This document shows, piece after piece, positions 34,449 through 43,447 of a stretch of 43,447 nucleotides of DNA (position 1 is the stretch's first letter; the number at the start of each line of letters is the position of its first letter). The position numbers and the translations under genes are program-made. Source of the DNA: an uncultured Rhodobacterales bacterium (GTDB lineage: Bacteria > Pseudomonadota > Alphaproteobacteria > Puniceispirillales > Marisalimonadaceae); assembly GCA_964633395.1 (NCBI GenBank), contig CAZWGZ010000003.1, forward strand, positions 1 to 43,447. Reading direction: 5' to 3'. Under the pieces are notes generated by a model. That model was not told the origin of the DNA and searched no databases. It saw only the letters and a list, made by a program, of their open reading frames with translations.

Positions 34449-35543
34449 ATGCAAAATACTAATCAAAAAATCATTATGGGTATAGAAACTAGTTGTGATG
34501 ATACAGCTGTGGCTATTATTAATTCAAATAAAGAAATTTTATCTAACGTAGTTATCAATCAAAATTCTAATTTGTCAAAGTATGGCGGGATAGTTCCAGA
34601 AGTTGCAGCAAGAGATCATTTAAATAATATAGAGTATGCTGTTAAAGCATCTTTAATAGAATCTAAATTAAAAATAAATGATATAAAATTGATTTCTGCT
34701 ACTGGAGGACCAGGGTTAATTGGTGGGGTGATTGTAGGCACAGTTTTTGGCAAATCATTAGCTATGTCACTAAATGTTCCTTATGTTGCCGTCAATCATC
34801 TTGAAGGGCATGCTTTAACCGCAAGATTAACTAATAATATTAATTATCCTTATTTACTTCTCCTTGTATCTGGTGGTCATACTCAAATCATAGCAGTTTT
34901 AAAATATGGCCAATATATAAGGTTAAGTACAACATTAGACGATGCAGCAGGAGAAACTTTTGATAAAGCAGCAAAAATACTAGATATTGGATTTCCAGGA
35001 GGCCCACGAATAGAAGAGATAGCTAAAAATGGGGACCCTAATAGCTTTAAATTACCAAGACCAATGTATAAATCAAAAAATCCTAACTTCTCTTTTTCTG
35101 GATTGAAAACTGCATTTTCACAAACTGTATTAAGAAATAAGTTAACTCCAGTTTTAATTCAAGATTTGTCAGCAAGTTTACAAAAAACAATTTCTGACTG
35201 TTTAGTTGATAGAACTAAAATAGCTTTGATTCAATTTAAAGAAATAATTAATTCACATTCAAATGTTCAACTCGTTGTCGCTGGTGGTGTAGCTTCTAAT
35301 AAATATATTCGCAATGAACTAGAAAAACTTGCTCATGATAGTGACGCTTACTTTATTGCTCCTCCAATACATTTATGCACTGATAATGGAGCGATGATTG
35401 CTTGGGCAGGCTATGAAAAATATAATTTTGAAGGAGCAACTAATTTGAATTTCCAGCCAAGGCCAAGGTGGCCTCTAGACCCAGAAGCTCATAATAATAA
35501 TCCAATTTTTAAAAAAGTTGGAAAAAAAGGAGTAAAAGCTTAA
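34449..35543 (+). CDS. tsaD: tRNA N6-adenosine threonylcarbamoyltransferase
   Basis: 364 aa. It has GIETSCDDTAVAI, VPEVAARDH, VNHLEGHAL, LLVSGGHTQ, AGETFDKAAK, GGPRIE and VAGGVASN. It is divergent from hemC, as in many Alphaproteobacteria. Confidence 0.95.
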   Translation: MQNTNQKIIMGIETSCDDTAVAIINSNKEILSNVVINQNSNLSKYGGIVPEVAARDHLNNIEYAVKASLIESKLKINDIKLISATGGPGLIGGVIVGTVFGKSLAMSLNVPYVAVNHLEGHALTARLTNNINYPYLLLLVSGGHTQIIAVLKYGQYIRLSTTLDDAAGETFDKAAKILDIGFPGGPRIEEIAKNGDPNSFKLPRPMYKSKNPNFSFSGLKTAFSQTVLRNKLTPVLIQDLSASLQKTISDCLVDRTKIALIQFKEIINSHSNVQLVVAGGVASNKYIRNELEKLAHDSDAYFIAPPIHLCTDNGAMIAWAGYEKYNFEGATNLNFQPRPRWPLDPEAHNNNPIFKKVGKKGVKA

Positions 35544-36527
35544 ATGTTGTCATTTTCAAATATATGTTTTTATGGAGGAGGTGCTTGGGGGCAAGCTCTT
35601 GCAATTGCTCTTGCTTCGTTAGGGTATAAATCAACTTTAATAGTTTCTGATAAAACCAGAAGTGATGAAATTAACTCTCATATATCAAAAAAATTTCCAG
35701 GTATTAAATTAAGTCATTTAATTAAAGCATCAGTTAACGCTAATGAAATTATAAATGAAAGTGATTTAGTTTTTATTACTACAGAAAGTAAAAGAGTAAT
35801 GGAGGTAGTTAAACAAATATTTTTATTAAAAAGTAATAAAATTAATTTAGTTATAACCTCTAAAGGCTTTGCAACAAAAGAAGGAAACACATTTAATGAA
35901 ATCATTAAAGATCAATTCCCAACATTAAAAACTGGAATCTTAACAGGACCTACGTTCGCTGACGAAATAGCTAACAACCTCCCTGCTGCCGCTGTCTTAG
36001 CTAGTAATGATGTAGTATTTGCAAATTCAATATGTAGTTTATTTCAAAATTCTTGTCTTAGACTTTATCAAAGTAATGATCCAATAGGAGCGTCATTAGC
36101 AGGTGCAGTTAAGAACATAATTGCCATAGGAGCAGGTATGATAGAAGGTCTAAATCTAGGTGATAATGCAAAAGCTGCTTTAATAACAAGAGGTATTTCT
36201 GAGCTATCAAGATTAATAAAAATATCAGGAGGAAATTTTAATACAGCCTTCGGGCTTGCTGGAATTGGAGATATGTCTTTAACCTGTAGCGGACCACATT
36301 CTAGAAATATGGCGTATGGCATGAATTTAGTTAAAGGAAATAATGCAGATAATACACTAGAGCTTGTAGAAGGTGTGAACGCAATAGGAGCAGCTATTAC
36401 ATTAGCAAAAAGATTAAAGATAGAGCTTCCTATTGTTAATGCAATTAATCAAATCTTAAATAAAAACGGAAATATTAGAGAAATAATCCCTCAACTTTTA
36501 TCTAGACCTATTAAAGATGAATTCTAA
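35544..36527 (+). CDS. gpsA: NAD(P)H-dependent glycerol-3-phosphate dehydrogenase
   Basis: 327 aa. It has GGGAWGQALA, GPTFADEIA, AGAVKNIIAIGAG, NAKAALITRG, GDMSLTC and SRN..YG. Its ATG follows the tsaD TAA directly. Confidence 0.92.
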   Translation: MLSFSNICFYGGGAWGQALAIALASLGYKSTLIVSDKTRSDEINSHISKKFPGIKLSHLIKASVNANEIINESDLVFITTESKRVMEVVKQIFLLKSNKINLVITSKGFATKEGNTFNEIIKDQFPTLKTGILTGPTFADEIANNLPAAAVLASNDVVFANSICSLFQNSCLRLYQSNDPIGASLAGAVKNIIAIGAGMIEGLNLGDNAKAALITRGISELSRLIKISGGNFNTAFGLAGIGDMSLTCSGPHSRNMAYGMNLVKGNNADNTLELVEGVNAIGAAITLAKRLKIELPIVNAINQILNKNGNIREIIPQLLSRPIKDEF

Positions 36528-36601
36528 CTTTGAAGTTACTAAAGAGAAAAGCTTTAATGTATAACTAATGTAAATCGAGAACTTGAGTGGAAGATAATAA
36601 T

Positions 36602-36988
36602 TTACATTTCTTCAGTTTGTTTTTGATGTTTTTCTTTATTTATAAAATATAAATTTCTAGCGTATATAAGGATACCAACTGACTGACCAGCAATAATAAC
36701 AGGGTCTTGTCTCCAAATCGCGTATGTTAACAGAACTAACCCACCAGAAATAGAAAAATACCAAAAAGCAACAGGTATAACTGAACGCCCTGCGTTTTCA
36801 CTACTTAACCATTGAATTATAAAACGAGCGGCAAACAAGGTTTGACCTCCAAAACCAATAATTATCATAATTGTCTCTGGATAATTATTTAAATATTGGC
36901 CTAGAAAAGGAAAGATATTTATTAAAAACGTATTTAAATGTTCTGCAAAAATTTCAATATGCATAGAGAGATACTTTATTAAATTCAT
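36602..36988 (-). CDS. Small membrane protein with lipid-A-biosynthesis N-terminal (LAB_N) domain
   Basis: 128 aa. FGGQTLFAARFIIQWLSSE plus a second repeat (AFWYFSISGGLVLLTYAIWRQDPV) are typical of LAB_N proteins, which accompany GT2/ArnT-like pairs. Confidence 0.65.
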   Translation of the reverse strand: MNLIKYLSMHIEIFAEHLNTFLINIFPFLGQYLNNYPETIMIIIGFGGQTLFAARFIIQWLSSENAGRSVIPVAFWYFSISGGLVLLTYAIWRQDPVIIAGQSVGILIYARNLYFINKEKHQKQTEEM

Positions 36989-37007
36989 CTAAACTTCCTT
37001 ATTATTA

Positions 37008-37742
37008 TTATTTATATATCTCTTCTGAGATAACATCTTTAGGTGTTCTTTTTCTTAACCACATAACACCTAGAATATCAGAAAAACCAACTACTAATCT
37101 TCCAAAATTAGTATATTTAGATATTCCTTCAATCCTCTCTCTATGAGAAACATTATATTCTAAGACATTTGCACCTTCTCTAAGGGCTAAAGCAGACAAA
37201 AATCTGTGCATATGATCAAAATATGGGAGTCTTATATATAAATCCTTATGAAAAACCTTTATTCCACAACCAGAATCAGAATGAGTATCTTTAAGCAAGG
37301 TTGATCTACAAAATTTTGCAAAAGAAGATGCCCACAATCTTGACTTACTATCCTTTCTATTTACTCTAACTCCTCCAATTAAAGTGAACTGTTTTTTTTG
37401 ATTTTTTATAAGACTTATCATGCCAGGTAAATCAGAAGGATTATTTTGTCCATCTCCATCTAAAGTTCCTATCAAAATAGATCGAGAAGCATAGACACCT
37501 GTTCTCAATGCAGCCGATTGGCCCTGACTAGTTTTATGATTAATAACTCTTAATCTTTTATTTATCTTTAATGCATTAATTAAATCATTTTCAGTGCTGT
37601 CACTAGATCCGTCATTAACATAAATTATTTCATAATTTTTGTTTTTTAATGCATCATCAATCTCTTGAATTAAAGTAATTACATTTCCAGATTCATTTTT
37701 TACAGGAACAACTATGGAGATATCAGTTTTAGTTACCATCAT
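37008..37742 (-). CDS. Family-2 glycosyltransferase (polyprenyl-phosphate sugar synthase, ArnC/DPM1-like)
   Basis: 244 aa. It has ISIVVPVKNE, VNDGSSD, a GT-A DxD (LDGDGQ) and RFL-type C-terminal motifs. Confidence 0.82.
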   Translation of the reverse strand: MMVTKTDISIVVPVKNESGNVITLIQEIDDALKNKNYEIIYVNDGSSDSTENDLINALKINKRLRVINHKTSQGQSAALRTGVYASRSILIGTLDGDGQNNPSDLPGMISLIKNQKKQFTLIGGVRVNRKDSKSRLWASSFAKFCRSTLLKDTHSDSGCGIKVFHKDLYIRLPYFDHMHRFLSALALREGANVLEYNVSHRERIEGISKYTNFGRLVVGFSDILGVMWLRKRTPKDVISEEIYK

Positions 37743-37789
37743 TTTTTCATTTTAAAATATTGAATTACAAGAAATCAATAGCTTTAATA

Positions 37790-39511
37790 CTATCTAAGGT
37801 CAAACGTTTGATTTTTAAAGATATGAATTTTAACATGCTTTCCTTTGGCAATATTATAACCTTTAATTACTTCGTCTGTTCTAATTGATGAATTTAATTC
37901 TTTTGATATATCTAAAAATTCTTTTAATGCATCATCCTCAACTAAACCTATATTATTTTTTCCTTCAGCCATAAAAATAGCAACTTCTTGAGGAGAAGAT
38001 AATAATACCTCTCCATTCAACAAAAAAACTAAACTTGGTTCATGATATCCAGAGATAGCTATGGCATCTGGCTTAATATCTTTGATTTTATTTAAAATTA
38101 ATTTACTAGGATACAAATAATCCAATTTAGGCAGAATAAATTGAAAGTTGATAATGTTGAATATAGTTGCCAGAAATATTATCAAAAAAGGGATATTATA
38201 AATAAATTTATTATTTTGTTTTATATAGATTTCTGATTTTATTATTAAAATTATACTTAGAAAAAAAATTATTATTGTAATAATAAATACTGTAATTGCT
38301 CCAATAGTAATACTTAAATCATAATTAAAATTGAATTTAGAAGAAAAATATAAAATCGCTCCACCTAAAATAACTCCACCTAAGCCAAAAAATATTGATA
38401 CATATATAATAATTTTTCTAAAAAAATTATTATTAATATTATTAATATTAGATTTGAAGTGGAATAAACTACCTATTGAGAGAATGGCTATGGCTGGTAA
38501 AACAGGAAGTGAGTAATGAAAGAGTTTAGTTGGTACTATTTCAATTAAAATCCAAAATGGGACTATCCAACAGACAAGAAACTGAACAACAATATTAGTT
38601 TTATTGTTTAAAACAAATAGAACTGATCCTGGAATAAATATTGCTATTGGCCATAACGTTATTGGTAACATTAGGAAATGGGCACCAGGCCATGCACCAT
38701 GACCTTCTTGACCACTTTTTAATTTATTAACAAAATCATCATTAAATGCTTTTTCAAGGAATAATCCTTGCGTTGAGTCATTTATAGCCAAAACCCATGG
38801 CAAAATAACAATCAAACAAATTATAATTCCTAACAAAGGGTTTAATGATTTAATTAAAGAAAAATCTTTCTTTAACAAACAAAAAGCTATGATAGTCAAA
38901 AATAATATTGCAATTGACAATGGGCCTTTAACTAAAATACCAAAAGCAAAAACTAACCATATAATTGAAGGGTATAGATATTTATTTTGTAATAAAGAAC
39001 CTTTTTTTAATATTAAATTTAATAAATAGTATTGTTGGACACATATTAAAGCTAATAAAGTTGCGTCAGTTTTAGCTAAATGAGTTTCCCCAATAAATGT
39101 AATACTAGATGCAAAAAATAATATAATAATCAAAGATTGATATATAGGAAATATTAAACGTGCTAGTAACCCAACAAATAAAATTGATATTATAGAGCTA
39201 ATTATAGAAGGAAACCTATAAGATGAAATACTTATTTCACCAAGAAAATTAGCCGACAGTGCCTGTATCCAATATATACCTACAGGCTTTTTGGCTCTTA
39301 TCTCATCTTGAAATTTAATATTAATATAATCACTGTTTTGTAGCATTTGCCGGCTAGCTTGTGCAAAACGTGCTTCATCTCGATCTATTGGTGGCAAACT
39401 ATTTTGGCCTGCAAAAAAAGCAGTAAGAGTTAAAAATAATAAAACAGAAATAGTGAGAAAATTGAAATGTCCAATTTCTTTTAATAATTTTTTAAAATTG
39501 ATAAATTTCAT
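37790..39511 (-). CDS. ArnT/PMT-family (GT-C, GT83-like) polyprenyl-phosphate-sugar-dependent glycosyltransferase
   Basis: 573 aa and about 12 TM. It has the first-loop motif PPIDRDEARFAQASRQM and KPVGIYW, plus a soluble C-terminal domain. Confidence 0.78.
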   Translation of the reverse strand: MKFINFKKLLKEIGHFNFLTISVLLFLTLTAFFAGQNSLPPIDRDEARFAQASRQMLQNSDYINIKFQDEIRAKKPVGIYWIQALSANFLGEISISSYRFPSIISSIISILFVGLLARLIFPIYQSLIIILFFASSITFIGETHLAKTDATLLALICVQQYYLLNLILKKGSLLQNKYLYPSIIWLVFAFGILVKGPLSIAILFLTIIAFCLLKKDFSLIKSLNPLLGIIICLIVILPWVLAINDSTQGLFLEKAFNDDFVNKLKSGQEGHGAWPGAHFLMLPITLWPIAIFIPGSVLFVLNNKTNIVVQFLVCWIVPFWILIEIVPTKLFHYSLPVLPAIAILSIGSLFHFKSNINNINNNFFRKIIIYVSIFFGLGGVILGGAILYFSSKFNFNYDLSITIGAITVFIITIIIFFLSIILIIKSEIYIKQNNKFIYNIPFLIIFLATIFNIINFQFILPKLDYLYPSKLILNKIKDIKPDAIAISGYHEPSLVFLLNGEVLLSSPQEVAIFMAEGKNNIGLVEDDALKEFLDISKELNSSIRTDEVIKGYNIAKGKHVKIHIFKNQTFDLR

Positions 39512-39606
39512 ATATAAATGTACTCAAATTATTAATTAAGAAATAACATAATTTCAAAAAAATGTTATAATTATCTTATAATTATAAATATAATATAGGA
39601 GATATA

Positions 39607-41070
39607 ATGGATTATAAGATTGAAAAAAAATTATTAGGTTTCTGTGAAAATAAAAACCTGTCTTCTGTTCCTTTATATATTATCAAAGATTTAAAAAGTT
39701 TAGGCTCTACTAAATTAATTTCTGAAAAACAAAAAGTGTTTTTAAGATCCGCTTTTGAAATAAAAAAAGGATTTGTTGGGTTTTTCCCTGATGATAACAA
39801 TAATGTTGGAGGGGCCATCGCTTTAATTAAAAACTCTCTCGAACCTAGAAAGAGTATAATTGATCAAGCAGCTGAACTGCCTTCAAAATTACCTAATAAA
39901 AAATGGTTACTACAATTTATTGATGATCAAAATGATAGAGAAAAGTACAATTTTTTACTTGGATGGGGTCTAAGTTTTTATAAATTTCACATCAAAAACA
40001 AAGATAAAAAATATGATATAAATAATACATTATGTACTGATCAGATTTTAAAAATAATAGCAAAAGATAAATGGCAACAATGCGCGGCTGAATTAAAAAG
40101 TATCTTCTTTACAAGAGACTTAATTAATTTACCACCAAATATTTTAACACCCTTAAACTATGAGAAAATAATTAAAAGTTGTTTTAAAGCATTTTCCCCA
40201 AATATAGATGTTTTTAAAGGTGAATCTCTTGCAAAAGAGTTTCCTTTGATTGATTTTGTAGGTCGTTCGTCAGAAAATAAACCTATGCTTTTAGATATAA
40301 ATTGGAGTAAAAATAACAATAATTACCCAAATATAACTTTGATAGGTAAAGGTGTTACATTTGATAGTGGCGGACTTGATATAAAGCCTTCTAATAGTAT
40401 GCTGTTTATGAAAAAAGATATGGGTGGAAGCGCCATTGCACTTGGTGTGGCTTACGCATTAATGTCTATAAATTGCCCAGTCAATTTAAGAGTGCTTTTA
40501 CCTTTAGCAGAAAACTCTATTTCTGATCGGTCAATGAGACCTTTAGATGTTATTTTTTCAAGAAATAATACAGCAATAGAAATAGGGAATACTGATGCAG
40601 AAGGAAGACTATTATTAGCTGATACTCTTACTTTTTGTTATGAGTCTGACATAAAAAACGATTTTATTATTGATTTTGCAACTTTAACTGGTGCTGCAAG
40701 AGTTGCCTTAGGCACTGAATTGCCAGCTCTTTTTACTAATGATGAAAATTTAGGAAAAAGAATTATTGATGAAGGCATCAATCAAGTTGATCCAATGTGG
40801 CAATTACCTTTATTTGAACCATATGAAAGATTTTTAGAAAATAAATATGATGCTTTAAGTAGCACAGGATCATCCAATACAGGAGGTGCTATTACTGCAG
40901 CATTATTTTTAAAAAGGTTTGTAAATAGCGATAATAATTGGGCTCATATTGACTTAATGGCATGGAATACAACTGAAAGACCAGGATTCCCTGTAGGAGG
41001 AGAAGCAATGGGGTTAAGAAACATAGTCAATATGATATTAAATTACTGTAAGGATAATAAAAAAAGTTAA
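39607..41070 (+). CDS. M17-family leucyl aminopeptidase-like metallopeptidase
   Basis: 487 aa. It has GKGVTFDSGGLDIKP, MKKDMGGSA and NTDAEGRLLLAD (the M17 signature NTDAEGRL). Confidence 0.88.
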   Translation: MDYKIEKKLLGFCENKNLSSVPLYIIKDLKSLGSTKLISEKQKVFLRSAFEIKKGFVGFFPDDNNNVGGAIALIKNSLEPRKSIIDQAAELPSKLPNKKWLLQFIDDQNDREKYNFLLGWGLSFYKFHIKNKDKKYDINNTLCTDQILKIIAKDKWQQCAAELKSIFFTRDLINLPPNILTPLNYEKIIKSCFKAFSPNIDVFKGESLAKEFPLIDFVGRSSENKPMLLDINWSKNNNNYPNITLIGKGVTFDSGGLDIKPSNSMLFMKKDMGGSAIALGVAYALMSINCPVNLRVLLPLAENSISDRSMRPLDVIFSRNNTAIEIGNTDAEGRLLLADTLTFCYESDIKNDFIIDFATLTGAARVALGTELPALFTNDENLGKRIIDEGINQVDPMWQLPLFEPYERFLENKYDALSSTGSSNTGGAITAALFLKRFVNSDNNWAHIDLMAWNTTERPGFPVGGEAMGLRNIVNMILNYCKDNKKS

Positions 41071-41071
41071 T

Positions 41072-41866
41072 TTATTTATTTAAAATAGACAATACTGACT
41101 GATAAATATTTTTATTATTAGATACTAAGGTAGAAAAAGTAGATTTATGCTTTAATTCCAAAGACAATTGATTTCCATTCCAATCGGTTATCATTATATT
41201 TTGAGATTTAAGTATAGGGATAAGCGGAAGGATATCATATGATGAAAGTCCTTCTTCAACAACTAAATCGAGGCCTCCATTCATAACAAGAAGGTAATTA
41301 TGAGCATCACCAGACCATACATGATTTTTAGTTTTCTCAATTAATTGTTCATATTTTTTTCTACCGTCGGTCGAAAATAGATTAATATCAGTTGACCCAA
41401 CCGTTGCCTGAGATAAGTTATTAATTCTAGATTTTTGTGATAAAAACTCAAGTTTGTTAAAATAACAATTTGATTTATAACCCAACCACCTTTCATTAAG
41501 AGCAGGAAAGTCTGCTAAACCAATTATTGGTTCACCTTTAAATGCAAGACCTATCAAAGTGCTCCATAATGGTCGTCCAGTAATATAACTTTTAGTTCCA
41601 TCAATAGGATCAATAATCCAAGTGTAATCTGAGTCACAGTTTATTGAGCCCTTTTCTTCAGCAATTATATTATGATTGGGATACTTATCTGAAATTAAAT
41701 CAACAATTACTTTTTCAGCGTTAATATCAAATTTAGTAACAGGGCTTCCGTCTTTTTTCCTTTTGGTAGTTAAAGAAGATTTAAATCCACTCATAGTAAT
41801 ATATTTTGCATTATCTGCTAAAAAATAAATAAATTCTGAAATTTTACCTAGTTCAAAATCATTCAT
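41072..41866 (-). CDS. Inositol monophosphatase-family phosphatase (possibly histidinol-phosphatase HisN type)
   Basis: 264 aa. It has IIAEE, WIIDPIDGTKSY and WSGDAHNYLLVMNGGLDLVVE. Assignment to a specific subfamily is uncertain. Confidence 0.75.
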   Translation of the reverse strand: MNDFELGKISEFIYFLADNAKYITMSGFKSSLTTKRKKDGSPVTKFDINAEKVIVDLISDKYPNHNIIAEEKGSINCDSDYTWIIDPIDGTKSYITGRPLWSTLIGLAFKGEPIIGLADFPALNERWLGYKSNCYFNKLEFLSQKSRINNLSQATVGSTDINLFSTDGRKKYEQLIEKTKNHVWSGDAHNYLLVMNGGLDLVVEEGLSSYDILPLIPILKSQNIMITDWNGNQLSLELKHKSTFSTLVSNNKNIYQSVLSILNK

Positions 41867-41914
41867 TAAATAAACCTTTTATAAAAGATAAGGGTATAAT
41901 TTATTTTCAATTTG

Positions 41915-42448
41915 TTAAGGTAGAGGAGCAGGATTAACACTTTTTGTTCTTAACCAAGCAATAAGATTAGCTCTGTCTTTAACTTTTGAAAGACCTGCAT
42001 AACTCATTTTTGTTCCTTTTGCATATAATTTAGGCTTATACAAAAATTTATTTAACTCTTGATAAGACCATTGGCCTGAAAGGGATGATAAAGCTTTTGA
42101 ATAAGAAAAGTCTTCCTTAGCTTGAAGTTTATTAACAATATTATATAAATTTGGACCAACTTTGTTCTTTCCTCCAGAATCAAATCCATGACAAGCAACA
42201 CATTTTTTTGAAATTTTCTGTCCATCTTCAATATTTGCGCTTGCAAGAAGCATAAGAATAGGCTCGATTTTTATCACTTTATTATCTTTTGCTTTTTCAG
42301 GGGCTTTATTAGCAACTTCTATTGGATATGAATTAGATACTTCAATATTTGGATGAACTAAAAAATCAGCTATTTTACCAAAAACCATTATTAATAGAAC
42401 GGCACCTAATAAAGCAGCCGCTATTTTATTAAATTTAAGAGCATCCAT
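41915..42448 (-). CDS. Membrane-anchored class I c-type cytochrome (CycM-like)
   Basis: 177 aa. It has the N-terminal anchor AAALLGAVLLIMVFG, the haem motif CVACHG, GPNLY and the Met ligand in GTKMSYAGL. Confidence 0.85.
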   Translation of the reverse strand: MDALKFNKIAAALLGAVLLIMVFGKIADFLVHPNIEVSNSYPIEVANKAPEKAKDNKVIKIEPILMLLASANIEDGQKISKKCVACHGFDSGGKNKVGPNLYNIVNKLQAKEDFSYSKALSSLSGQWSYQELNKFLYKPKLYAKGTKMSYAGLSKVKDRANLIAWLRTKSVNPAPLP

Positions 42449-42591
42449 AAATTAACCAATCATATAACATTTGAATAACAAACCAATATTTACATGCAAG
42501 ATTAATATTCTTCAAGTATAATTATATTAATAATTAATAATTTATCATTTTTTTTAAATGCTGAATATTATACGTTCATTTTATAAGGATT

Positions 42592-43356
42592 TTGAAATTG
42601 GATTTTTCAGACAGTATTATAATCATCCCAGCTAGAATGGGATCTTCCCGCTTACCTAAGAAACCTATGATTAAAATTAATGGGATACCTATGATTATTC
42701 ATGTCTATAACTGTGCCAAAAACGCTAATCTTGGTATACCAATTATTGTTGCAACAGATGATCAATTAATTGCTAAAACAGTAAATGAATATGGTGGAAC
42801 AGCTATTATCACATCTGCTAACCATTTAAGTGGATCTGATCGAATTTTTGAAGCGTTAGAAAAATACGATCCTAAAGAAAAATATAAGAAAATTATCCAT
42901 CTTCAAGGAGATCTTCCTAATATATCAGGTGAATTAATAAAAAATTTAGCAAAAATAATTAATGATGATAAAAAAGATATAGCTACAATAGTTGTTAAAG
43001 CAACACCCGAGGAGTTTGATGACCCTTCCATAGTTAAAGTGGCTTTAGCTTTTGATAAAGAAAACCCAGATATAAATGACTTGGGAAGAGCGCTATATTT
43101 TAGTAGAGCTTGCATACCTCATGGAAGCCTTAACATATGGCATCATATTGGTATTTATGCATGGCAAAGGGATATACTTAAAAAATTTATTAATTTACAA
43201 GTATCCCCTCTTGAAAAAGTGGAAAAGCTAGAGCAACTCAGAGCCCTTGAATCCGGCATAGATATTCATGCTATTATAACCTCTGAACATCCAATCGGTG
43301 TAGACACAGAAGTAGATTTAAATAAAGCTATAAACTATTTCCAAGACTTATCTTAA
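42592..43356 (+). CDS. kdsB: 3-deoxy-manno-octulosonate cytidylyltransferase (CMP-KDO synthetase)
   Basis: 254 aa. It has IIIPARMGSSRLPKKPM, VATDD, GSDRIFEA, HLQGDLP, ALYFSRA, HIGIYAW and LEQLRALE. It has a TTG start with AAGGA upstream. Confidence 0.9.
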   Translation: MKLDFSDSIIIIPARMGSSRLPKKPMIKINGIPMIIHVYNCAKNANLGIPIIVATDDQLIAKTVNEYGGTAIITSANHLSGSDRIFEALEKYDPKEKYKKIIHLQGDLPNISGELIKNLAKIINDDKKDIATIVVKATPEEFDDPSIVKVALAFDKENPDINDLGRALYFSRACIPHGSLNIWHHIGIYAWQRDILKKFINLQVSPLEKVEKLEQLRALESGIDIHAIITSEHPIGVDTEVDLNKAINYFQDLS

Positions 43357-43447
43357 ATATTTATATAACAATAATGATATCAATAATAAATAAAAAAATA
43401 ATAGAGTTAAATAATGAAAAAAAATCAACATAATTTAGTTGTAGCAT

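Noticed and set aside
38426-38450. An AT-rich near-tandem repeat (attattaatattattaatatta) in the ArnT-like gene, encoding NINNINNN.
   Set aside because: It is low-complexity Asn/Ile coding typical of AT-rich genomes, and it lies in a loop between TM helices. There is no indication of function.
2433-43115. Twenty-two short ORFs in the supplied track lie antisense to, or out of frame within, longer well-supported genes: 2433-2663, 2923-3105, 3364-3558, 4156-4452, 5176-5364, 6080-6280, 7324-7527, 11208-11471, 15326-15511, 17575-18054, 18067-18312, 19836-20111, 24940-25137, 27604-27825, 28272-28517, 32705-32887, 35714-35905, 36068-36322, 38331-38516, 39612-39818, 42052-42246 and 42903-43115.
   Set aside because: Each is fully embedded in a longer ORF with recognisable family motifs. 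Their translations are low-complexity or motif-free. They have no SD-like sequence that I could see. Shadow ORFs like these are expected opposite real genes.
43414-43447. An ATG-initiated reading frame (MKKNQHNLVVA...) at the right edge of the window.
   Set aside because: Only 11 codons are visible, which is too short to support a gene call or a function.
1-43447. A search by eye for CRISPR arrays, tRNA/rRNA genes, riboswitch-like conserved leaders, transposases, integrases, toxin-antitoxin pairs or defence-system genes.
   Set aside because: None was found. All spacers longer than 100 nt (7790-7967, 10272-10420, 19623-19756, 20822-21008, 25402-25520, 34285-34448, 42449-42591) are AT-rich. 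They show no tRNA-like GC-rich cloverleaf segments or regularly spaced repeats. Covariance-model scans (Infernal/Rfam, tRNAscan-SE) would be needed to exclude small ncRNAs.

Overview
The window is very AT-rich (roughly 70% A+T by eye) and extremely gene-dense. I call about 47 CDS, with tiny or overlapping intergenic spacers. I found no rRNA, tRNA, CRISPR array, transposase, integrase or phage genes. The gene order hemC-hemD-mic60-like-hemY-like, divergent from tsaD-gpsA, together with kdsB and a membrane-anchored cytochrome c, is typical of Alphaproteobacteria. The composition and streamlining suggest a SAR11/Pelagibacterales-like marine genome, but that is inference only. All functional calls rest on motifs I recognise in the supplied translations; no database search was possible.

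Layout:
- 1-1320: modC (truncated by the window edge) and modB.
- About 1.4-29 kb: a mosaic of small catabolic and transport operons.
  - A cobalt-type nitrile hydratase operon (alpha, beta, accessory) bracketed by two Zn-alcohol dehydrogenases.
  - An orphan E1-like ThDP enzyme divergent from an Lrp/AsnC regulator.
  - Several alpha/beta hydrolases and an aminotransferase.
  - A TRAP transporter (dctP-dctQ-extra 4-TM gene-dctM) followed by a 3-hydroxyacyl-CoA-dehydrogenase-like / BKACE / SDR module.
  - An IclR-associated uronate-dehydrogenase island with DMT and MFS transporters, a DapA-family lyase and a PhyH dioxygenase.
- About 29-43.4 kb: housekeeping and envelope genes. These are trmL, a LysE exporter, hemY-like/mic60-like/hemD/hemC, tsaD, gpsA, an ArnT-like/GT2/LAB_N glycosylation module, an M17 peptidase, an IMPase-family protein, cytochrome c and kdsB.

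Best leads for something undescribed:
1. The nitrile hydratase operon. It is translationally coupled to an alcohol dehydrogenase, its alpha subunit carries a repeat-encoded His-rich N-terminal extension, and the window has no amidase, aldoxime dehydratase or cobalt transporter.
2. The uncharacterised 4-TM gene wedged between dctQ and dctM and coupled to dctM.
3. The TRAP-linked dehydrogenase/BKACE/SDR beta-keto-acid cleavage module.
4. The Udh-centred sugar-acid island, which lacks the canonical dehydratase steps.

None of these can be proven novel from sequence alone.
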